A stretch of 17,595 bases of DNA, taken from a virus. This document shows, piece after piece, positions 1 to 5,795 of this stretch. The notes beneath the pieces were generated by a model. That model was given only the letters and a program-made list of their open reading frames with translations. It made no database searches and was not told the DNA's origin. The position numbers and the translations under genes are program-made. The stretch is taken from IMG/VR virus record IMGVR_UViG_3300045988_025712, positions 1 through 17,595 of that record. One strand, given 5' to 3'. Numbering within the stretch: position 1 is the first letter of the stretch; each line of letters begins with the position of its first letter.

Positions 1-119
1 TTTTTGTATTGTTGTTGTTGTCTGTGTTTTTTGTTTCTGTTCTTTGTGTGCTTGTTTCTTTGTTTTGTTTTGTTCTTGGTTTTTTTGTGGTTGGTGGGTG
101 TGTTGTTTTTTGTGGTGTG
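1..119. repeat. Left inverted terminal repeat, 119 bp, perfect match to the reverse complement of 17477-17595
   Basis: I reverse-complemented the last 135 nt by hand. The identity runs from nt 1 through nt 119 and breaks at nt 120 (g on the left, t on the right). The composition is 1 A, 6 C and 112 G/T by my count. The 5' end is TTTTT. Confidence 0.97.
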
Positions 120-126
120 GTATGAT
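98..126 (+). promoter_or_regulatory. Candidate left-end early promoter straddling the ITR boundary: TTGTTT (98-103), 17-nt spacer, extended -10 TGgTATGAT (118-126)
   Basis: A sigma-70-like extended -10 lies 38 nt upstream of the first ATG (164). The -35-like hexamer lies inside the ITR. This is motif-based only. Confidence 0.35.
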
Positions 127-163
127 GTGATTGTTAGTCGATAAGGAAGGAAGGAATGGTAAA

Positions 164-520
164 ATGAATATAATAGGGGTTGACGTTCATACCGGTGAAG
201 AAATACCGGCCGAGTTGGTTGCTGTTAGGGGTGATGATGGCTGGACTTCGTTGATATTTGCTGATGATGTTACTGGTTTGGGCATGTGGCGACAGACTGG
301 TGATGATGCTTGGTATTTTGACCCTTGGGTTGGCGATGATTACGATTTATGTCGTGATGTTGATGCTGAGAGGGTTACTGGTATTTGCGGGGCTGTTTGT
401 GGTCTTGATTGGGAGTTTTCCGCTAATGATTTTCTTGCGGATTACGGTTTTAAGCTTGGTCGGTTTGACGTGGTTAAGGGTGATAGGTATGAGTTGGTTG
501 AACTTGGAGAGGAGTGTTGA
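164..520 (+). CDS. Hypothetical early protein, 118 aa, strongly acidic (D/E-rich, very few K/R)
   Basis: ATG at 164 is in frame with track ORF 131-520. The purine box AAGGAAGGAAGG (143-154) lies 9 nt upstream. It is the first gene inside the left ITR. The stop at 518-520 abuts the next start at 522. Confidence 0.7.
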   Translation: MNIIGVDVHTGEEIPAELVAVRGDDGWTSLIFADDVTGLGMWRQTGDDAWYFDPWVGDDYDLCRDVDAERVTGICGAVCGLDWEFSANDFLADYGFKLGRFDVVKGDRYELVELGEEC

Positions 521-521
521 T

Positions 522-752
522 ATGTGGTATTTTATTGTTACTGATGATGGTTTTCAGGTGTTTGAGATTTTGCCTGATTGTGTGAAGCCTAGTTGCGTGT
601 TTCATGCAATGTCATTGAAGGCGTCGCTGGATGGCGTATTGTCTCATATTCGTGCCGCCTATTCCGATATGGATGTGTGTGTGGATGTTGATAATGCAAC
701 ATTCGATTTGGATGGCTCTATGGTTGGCGTGGTGAAGGTGGTGTTGGCGTGA
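522..752 (+). CDS. Hypothetical early protein, 76 aa
   Basis: This is the internal ATG (522) of track ORF 258-752. GGAGAGGAG (505-513) lies 8 nt upstream. The upstream part of that ORF overlaps gene 1 in another frame and looks non-protein-like. Confidence 0.6.
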   Translation: MWYFIVTDDGFQVFEILPDCVKPSCVFHAMSLKASLDGVLSHIRAAYSDMDVCVDVDNATFDLDGSMVGVVKVVLA

Positions 753-916
753 TGATGCTTGTGAGTATTGTTGTTCTGTGTGTGATTCTGCTTATTGCGT
801 CATGTGCTGCAGCGTTTTCCGAGGCTCCTCGTGATGTGGGTGACGTGTGTTGTTTTTTGGCTATGCTTGTTGTGTGCGTGGCTCTTGTGTTGGTTTTCGT
901 AGTGAAAGGATTCTGA
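752..916 (+). CDS. Small hydrophobic protein, 54 aa, two predicted transmembrane segments (MMLVSIVVLCVILLIASCAAAF...CCFLAMLVVCVALVLVFVVKGF)
   Basis: I translated it by hand; it is below the size cut-off of the ORF track. The start overlaps the previous stop (TGATG). The stop TGA at 914-916 lies 2 nt before the next start. It fills an otherwise unexplained gap in a tightly packed operon. Confidence 0.5.
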   Translation: MMLVSIVVLCVILLIASCAAAFSEAPRDVGDVCCFLAMLVVCVALVLVFVVKGF

Positions 917-918
917 AA

Positions 919-1167
919 ATGTGTAGGGACGATATGAATGTTGCCGTGTTTGCGTCGCCGTTTGCAGGCGGTGGCGTGCGTCTGTGGTATTGTCCTTGCG
1001 GCCACCGGTATGAACTTCGGTATGCTGTTCGGTTTCGTACGCCGTCTGGTGGTGTGTGTGGCGCATTGGCTTTATGCGCGTATGATGCTGGGGATAGTAG
1101 GCAAGTGGCTGATCTTATGCTTGACGCTATCGATATTGCCCGCACGCCACTCTTGGAGAGGGATTAG
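919..1167 (+). CDS. Hypothetical early protein, 82 aa (contains CPCGH plus further Cys)
   Basis: This is the internal ATG (919) of track ORF 847-1167, with AAAGGA 8 nt upstream. Its amino-acid composition is more protein-like than the overlapping frame 938-1372. Confidence 0.55.
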   Translation: MCRDDMNVAVFASPFAGGGVRLWYCPCGHRYELRYAVRFRTPSGGVCGALALCAYDAGDSRQVADLMLDAIDIARTPLLERD

Positions 1168-1336
1168 CACGTATTTTCGTTGTTGGATTCATTCATGGAC
1201 GTGCGGCGATTGTGTTGACGCCGATAGTTATTGGCGTTTGCGCGCGTTTCGTGCGGGCGTGAGTGGCAAGCATGGTTCTTATAGTCCGCCGAAACGTTGT
1301 CCGAACGGTTGTCTGTGGATGGTGTTGTGGATGGAC

Positions 1337-1345
1337 GGATATAAT
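1337..1345 (+). promoter_or_regulatory. Candidate -10 element GGATATAAT (TATAAT at 1340-1345) upstream of the gene at 1375
   Basis: A perfect TATAAT hexamer lies 30 nt before the ATG, with the SD GGAG (1363-1366) in between. It resembles the other TGATATnAT motifs in this genome. Confidence 0.3.
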
Positions 1346-1374
1346 AGTGTTGGGGATGTATTGGAGTTTTGATT

Positions 1375-1905
1375 ATGGAATCGAAGAATTTGACTTTTGA
1401 TGAGGGCGGAAGACGTACGAACTGGTTTGACGATGGTGTGTTGGATGATGATCGTGTGCGCCGGGTTGTTCGTGGGCGTCGCCGTAATCTGCATTTGCGT
1501 GAATATAATCGAGGTGAGGGTGATTGGGAGACATTATGCCGTAGTGTGGGGCTGCTTAAGGATTTTTATGAGCCTCAAGGGGCGCAGATGGCGTTCGCTG
1601 ACGGCGTGGAACATGCGGCAAACGTTTGCTTATCATTGTCTTCCTGCTCATCGCGTATCTCCGCGTTGGCGCGAACTCAGGATATTGAAATGTTGGGCGG
1701 CGTCATTTATGTACCGGCAATGGTGGCGTGGTGCGCCGTCTGTCATGTCAAGGGCGCGACATGCTATGAAATGTGCAAAGTTTGGGATGGAATTGAATTT
1801 GCCCAGACTGTCGTCAAAATCGCGTGTCGCTGTTTTGACAATCTGACGGATGTGCGGTATACTGATGAAGACATCGCAAGGATGTCGCAACAGCAGCAAC
1901 AATAA
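1375..1905 (+). CDS. Hypothetical early protein, 176 aa, ending in QQQQQ
   Basis: ATG 1375 of track ORF 1369-1905, with GGAG 8 nt upstream. I recognised no family motif. Confidence 0.7.
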   Translation: MESKNLTFDEGGRRTNWFDDGVLDDDRVRRVVRGRRRNLHLREYNRGEGDWETLCRSVGLLKDFYEPQGAQMAFADGVEHAANVCLSLSSCSSRISALARTQDIEMLGGVIYVPAMVAWCAVCHVKGATCYEMCKVWDGIEFAQTVVKIACRCFDNLTDVRYTDEDIARMSQQQQQ

Positions 1906-1922
1906 GATAAGGCGGTATGATT

Positions 1923-2237
1923 ATGGCATACATTAAGAGATCTAAGCATTACAGTATTGTGCACGGCATCACGCGCAGTAAGAACGGTGAACTCGTTGAT
2001 ACTGAGGTGATCGTGGATGGCGCGTGCCGTACGGCTGACATGGCTATGAAGAAAGCTCGCAAGATCAATAAGGACATGCTTCCCATGTCCGCCGAATATC
2101 ATGAGCAGGCCACGCGCATGGATGAGGCGATCTACTGGGCTAATTGCGAATTTGGGGATGATGTCATTGTCGACTATTCGGGGCCGGTGAACGGCACTGT
2201 CGTCGAGGATGATATTATCTCCGAGGAAAATAATTAA
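1923..2237 (+). CDS. Hypothetical early protein, 104 aa, basic N-terminal half and acidic C-terminus. It occupies the position of the phi29 p6-type DNA-binding protein, by position only.
   Basis: Track ORF 1917-2237. The second ATG (1923) has better spacing to AAGGCGG (1908-1914). There is a double stop TAATAA. Confidence 0.65.
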   Translation: MAYIKRSKHYSIVHGITRSKNGELVDTEVIVDGACRTADMAMKKARKINKDMLPMSAEYHEQATRMDEAIYWANCEFGDDVIVDYSGPVNGTVVEDDIISEENN

Positions 2238-2263
2238 TAATCCCTATAAGGAAGGTAACACTA

Positions 2264-2701
2264 ATGGCTGACAACGAACTGACCGTAACGAACGGCAACA
2301 ACTTTTCTGCGAACGGCACCAACGCCGTATCCCACTTTTTCGATACTTCCTCTATGGACGGCAAAATGGCGTTGTATAACGCCATGCAGACCGCCGATAA
2401 GGTGGACGAACATCTTAATGAGCCGTTGCATGTCACTAACGTGCTGGCGCAGGCTATCGAAGTCGCCAATCAGGAGACTGGTGAAATCAATTCTTCTACT
2501 CGCGTCGTCATTCACGCGGAGGAAGGTGACTTTGCCGCCGCTTCTCCCACGCTGGCGCACTCGTTTGGCAATCTGTTCGCCATTTTCGGCACGCCGGACA
2601 CGTGGGGTCAGCCACTTGTCCTCAAGGTGGTGGAGAAGAAGAGTCGCCGTGGCTATAAGTTCTTTGACCTTGAACTGGTGTCGGAAAAAAAGCGTAAGTA
2701 G
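2264..2701 (+). CDS. Early protein, 145 aa; candidate ssDNA-binding or replication accessory protein
   Basis: A strong SD AAGGAAGG precedes the ATG. It lies two genes upstream of the polymerase, as the phi29 SSB (p5) does. Its sequence pattern (ALYNAMQ...ETGEI...VVIHAEEGDF...FGTPDTWG...) resembles phage-associated SSB families as I remember them. This was not verified. Confidence 0.75.
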   Translation: MADNELTVTNGNNFSANGTNAVSHFFDTSSMDGKMALYNAMQTADKVDEHLNEPLHVTNVLAQAIEVANQETGEINSSTRVVIHAEEGDFAAASPTLAHSFGNLFAIFGTPDTWGQPLVLKVVEKKSRRGYKFFDLELVSEKKRK

Positions 2702-2720
2702 CGCTATTGTCCGTACCGTA

Positions 2721-2729
2721 TGATATCAT
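2721..2729 (+). promoter_or_regulatory. Extended -10-like motif TGATATCAT followed by GGTAA
   Basis: It is a member of the recurrent TGnTATnAT family. It lies 20 nt after the stop of the preceding gene and upstream of a strong hairpin and the terminal-protein gene. Confidence 0.3.
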
Positions 2730-2763
2730 GGTAATGTCCCTATAGGGATGTTGCCGCCAGACT

Positions 2764-2802
2764 CACCCCCCGCCGTTTCCATCCTTGCGGCGGGGGGTGT
2801 TT
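2764..2802 (+). terminator. Strong GC hairpin: perfect 12-bp stem CACCCCCCGCCG/CGGCGGGGGGTG, 12-nt loop, followed by TTT
   Basis: I paired it by hand: 2764-2775 with 2788-2799. The U-tract is short (3 nt), so it may be a leaky terminator or attenuator between the early genes and the TP/polymerase genes. Confidence 0.6.
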
Positions 2803-2823
2803 CATACTTACAGGGGAGATACC

Positions 2824-3768
2824 GTGGCAAAACGCAACAATAACCGGCGAACCAATGTCTTGAAACGTAATGCCGCTATCAGGTCGGCGCAGGTCCGCGG
2901 GGAGCGGGCGGTTAGGGATTACAGTACTGGACGACTTCCCAAGCGAATCACTGAAACGTTTTTGGGAAATCTTAGTGCTCGGCAACTTGAACAGGTCGCA
3001 CGCCGCATCGGGCAGGAGTTCGGAGAGCGACAGCAGGCGTTGAGGGTGCGGGATGACGAGCTGTATCAGGTTGTTCCGGATTTCCATGTTTCGAAACTTG
3101 ACCGTGAGATGGCTGCACGTTCACTGATTTCCGATGCGGAAATTGCCGCAGCCCCGCCGAAACGTCGGAAAACATTGCGGCAGCAACAGCGCCGTCGAGT
3201 TGAGGCACGACGGAAAATCGAGCGTGCTCAACAATTCGAAGCCTTGAGTATGGCTCGCTATACCGTAGGTGAAGTACGTGAAATGGAACGTGCCGGTGAA
3301 TCTCCGTTTGACGTGTTGGGCACTCATACGGTCGGCGGTTCGGCACGTGACGAACTTGTGCGAAGCCGTGCGAATGTGTTTGGATCGGATCGTGGAATAA
3401 GCCGTGCACGCGTGATGATGCGAGAGGGGAGCCGTGGGCAACTTGAGCGAGAGATGCTTGAATATGCCGGACTTATAGAACGTGCGCCGTTACGTGCGGG
3501 AACTGGGAGGATTTCCGAAGGCGAGGGTGTTTCGGATTTTGGTAAGGTTGAGCAGCAACTTGAAGCGTTCGACTCTGGCGTCGCCCAAAGATTCGCCGCT
3601 TTGTCGAGCCGACAAAAACGATGGCTGGTAAACAACACGAATTTCAGTCTCGTAGTACGCGAAGCGGTATGGTATAATGATAAGGCGCATAAATGGGAAA
3701 CTAAATCGGATGCGGGGGATGTGGAGACACGAATCGATGAATGGATGACCAGTACGGCAAGACACTAA
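2824..3768 (+). CDS. Candidate terminal protein (protein primer), 314 aa, Arg/Lys-rich N-terminal third
   Basis: GTG 2824 is in frame with track ORF 2785-3768, 5 nt after AGGGGAG. The track start lies inside the hairpin. The gene is immediately upstream of the protein-primed polymerase, as in phi29 (gene 3 then gene 2). I recognised no sequence motif, so the assignment rests on position and charge. Confidence 0.55.
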   Translation: MAKRNNNRRTNVLKRNAAIRSAQVRGERAVRDYSTGRLPKRITETFLGNLSARQLEQVARRIGQEFGERQQALRVRDDELYQVVPDFHVSKLDREMAARSLISDAEIAAAPPKRRKTLRQQQRRRVEARRKIERAQQFEALSMARYTVGEVREMERAGESPFDVLGTHTVGGSARDELVRSRANVFGSDRGISRARVMMREGSRGQLEREMLEYAGLIERAPLRAGTGRISEGEGVSDFGKVEQQLEAFDSGVAQRFAALSSRQKRWLVNNTNFSLVVREAVWYNDKAHKWETKSDAGDVETRIDEWMTSTARH

Positions 3769-3783
3769 AAAAAGGATGGAATC

Positions 3784-5244
3784 ATGAGAGAGCGTCGGAC
3801 GGCGGTAACAGACGGCGCAACATTATTGACGAACGACGGCATGGAGCCATTGACGACGAACGCCGTCATTCGACTGACCATGCTCGACCATCATACGCGC
3901 GTATGGTGCGCACATGGATGGCAGGACATCAAGCCCATAGCCGCAGAACTGTTGAAACGGCTGCCATTGCAATCGAATCCGGTAAAGGATGGAGTCTGGG
4001 GTACGTTTAACATTCGCGGCCATTTCTACGGTTTTCGCGTGCGCATGGGCGGCGTCACCGTGGATTTTCTGGATGTGCGCAACATCACACGCGACGACGG
4101 ACTGAATGTCTCACGCGAAACGTTCGGCGGTGCGGACGACTTGGAAACCACATGGAATATCGCGCAAGAATGCGACGCACTGAATCTCAGGGGCACGACC
4201 ATAGCGTCCATGGCGATGTCCGACTACGTCGACGGAGATTACGCAGGATTCAAACATCATTTCCCGCCATTGGACAAAGCGGAATATCGTCGGATGCGCC
4301 CCGCATACTATGGGGCGATAGTGTATAGCAGGCCGGGTGAATATCGGGATTGTAAGAGTTGGGATGTGAATAGCCTCTATCCGAGTATCATGCGCGATTC
4401 TGCTATGCCGGTAGGCTCTCCCGTCTGGTATGAGAGGGAATATCGTCATGATGACGATTATCCGCTGCATATCGATGTCATCTCGTTCGATGCGCGGCTG
4501 AAAACGGGAAAGACGGCGACACTCACCAACATCCTGCCTGTATGGGGATACGAGGGCGAACGTATGGATAGTACGCTGGGTGTCGTCACCATGCCCGTGA
4601 CCGACGTGGATTGGCGAACCTTGACGGAAAACTATGACGTCCATGTGTGGGATCATATCGGCGGCTGGAAGTTCCGTAAATCGCATGGACTCTACTATGA
4701 GTATGTGGATAAATGGTTTCGCGTGAAGCAAACCGAAACCGGCGAGCGTCGGCAAATGGCGAAACTATTGCTGAACTCGTTGGTGGGAAAATTCGGGGCC
4801 TCGCTTTACCGACCTATGCTGCACCCGAAACCTTCCGGCGATGGCGGCGTGGATTTTACCGTGGACAAACCTGAGTCGGCCAACTCGCTCGCATGGCTAC
4901 CGACCGCCGCCTATGTTAACGCCTACGGGAGGCGGATACTGTCCCGCGCGATGAATGCGAACGCCGACCGCGTGCTCTACGCCGATACGGATGGCATGAT
5001 ATTGGAGGGGTTGGATGCGCCCGCAGGCATCGAGACGGACGACAGGAAACTAGGCATGTGGAAAAACGACCACACTTATGGAAAACTTCGCATTCTCGGC
5101 AATCGCAAATACTGCGGCGTGGAAACGGACGGTGGCACGGTGATGCGGTTGAGCGGCGTGCATCGGGCAGCCCCCATACCTTACGACGACTTCCTGCCGA
5201 GGTCACGCCATGTCAATGATGACGGCTGTTTTTTTATGTTATAA
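3784..5244 (+). CDS. Protein-primed family-B DNA polymerase, phi29 type, 486 aa
   Basis: The protein carries motif A DVNSLYPS and the YPLHI block. It has motif B KLLLNSLVGKFG, motif C YADTDG and the KxY motif RKY. A TPR2-like insertion sits between motifs B and C. Colinearity with phi29 p2 is clear from TIASMAMSDY onward. The SD is AAGGATGG. Confidence 0.95.
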   Translation: MRERRTAVTDGATLLTNDGMEPLTTNAVIRLTMLDHHTRVWCAHGWQDIKPIAAELLKRLPLQSNPVKDGVWGTFNIRGHFYGFRVRMGGVTVDFLDVRNITRDDGLNVSRETFGGADDLETTWNIAQECDALNLRGTTIASMAMSDYVDGDYAGFKHHFPPLDKAEYRRMRPAYYGAIVYSRPGEYRDCKSWDVNSLYPSIMRDSAMPVGSPVWYEREYRHDDDYPLHIDVISFDARLKTGKTATLTNILPVWGYEGERMDSTLGVVTMPVTDVDWRTLTENYDVHVWDHIGGWKFRKSHGLYYEYVDKWFRVKQTETGERRQMAKLLLNSLVGKFGASLYRPMLHPKPSGDGGVDFTVDKPESANSLAWLPTAAYVNAYGRRILSRAMNANADRVLYADTDGMILEGLDAPAGIETDDRKLGMWKNDHTYGKLRILGNRKYCGVETDGGTVMRLSGVHRAAPIPYDDFLPRSRHVNDDGCFFML

Positions 5245-5245
5245 T
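5237..5245 (+). promoter_or_regulatory. Perfect extended -10 TGTTATAAT overlapping the polymerase stop codon
   Basis: TG at 5237-5238 and TATAAT at 5240-5245. There is no convincing -35. GGTAG follows at 5250-5254. Confidence 0.45.
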
Positions 5246-5251
5246 GACTGG

Positions 5252-5415
5252 TAGCGGGATGTGCGTCCCAAGCTGATTCAATGGCCCGACCGGTAGGCGA
5301 TCGGTAAGGCGATTCGGTCGGATGTAGACGTGCGTGGCCAGCGCCCATTGACGGCGAGGGAACCCGCACAGCCTAGCAATTCCGGCACGGCAGCGTGATT
5401 GCTGCCGTGCCATTT
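5252..5415 (+). ncRNA. Candidate structured RNA (~165 nt): a packaging-RNA-like ncRNA or a long structured leader of the late operon
   Basis: The intergenic stretch is 187 nt with no credible ORF. Several nested helices can be drawn: AGCGGGA/TCCC..GCT, TGGCC/GGCCA (5282-5286 with 5336-5340) and CGACCG/CGGTCG (5287-5292 with 5315-5320). It ends in a perfect 11-bp hairpin, 5384-5394 with 5401-5411, followed by ATTT. The start and end coordinates are inferred, not observed. Confidence 0.3.
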
Positions 5416-5431
5416 ACCTTAGGGGGTAATT

Positions 5432-5776
5432 ATGGACGACACTGAAAACGACGATAAGCCGGACACCACGCCCGACACTGAACCGGACGCGACCGCCGAC
5501 GACGATACGCCGAACCCGGAATCTGGAACGCGGGACGACGCCGAGCCTGAAGATGCGGGCGACGACAAGAACGCCGACATGGCCGACCGGTTGAGCGCAT
5601 TGGAGGCGACTGTGGCGGAATTGTCCAAAACCATCGAAGCAATGCGCGACGCCGCCGCCGACGATGTGCTGAACGATGGCCTCGACGACGATGCGACGCC
5701 GGAATCGACTGAAATGACCGACGACGACTATAACGGCACCTACGGCACTTTCGACGACTTGTACGAAGACCGATGA
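5432..5776 (+). CDS. Scaffolding protein candidate, 114 aa, extremely acidic with a helical central segment
   Basis: It lies immediately upstream of the major capsid gene, as phi29 gp7 does. The SD is AGGGGG. Its D/E/T-rich composition is typical of small scaffolds. Confidence 0.6.
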   Translation: MDDTENDDKPDTTPDTEPDATADDDTPNPESGTRDDAEPEDAGDDKNADMADRLSALEATVAELSKTIEAMRDAAADDVLNDGLDDDATPESTEMTDDDYNGTYGTFDDLYEDR

Positions 5777-5795
5777 TCAGAAAGGAAAAAACATC

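Noticed and set aside
258-521. Upstream part of track ORF 258-752, which overlaps gene 1 in another frame
   Set aside because: Its Leu/Met/Val/Ile-only translation looks like a GT-skew artefact. A well-placed SD and ATG at 522 directly follow the gene 1 stop.
1888-1902. CAA/CAG run encoding the terminal QQQQQ
   Set aside because: It is only five codons and has no repeat structure beyond that. It is treated as a trivial low-complexity tail.
4111-4755. 214-aa - strand ORF inside the polymerase gene
   Set aside because: It is antisense to a gene with unambiguous family-B motifs. Its composition is not protein-like and no start context is visible.
5181-5369. 62-aa - strand ORF across the polymerase stop codon and the intergenic region
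   Set aside because: It has no SD and opposes all surrounding transcription. It overlaps the polymerase 3' end. The region is better explained as structured RNA.
5280-5372. Possible tRNA in the GC-rich structured spacer
   Set aside because: There is no T-loop consensus (GTTCGAATC-like). A cloverleaf with correct arm lengths cannot be drawn, and there is no CCA or discriminator context.
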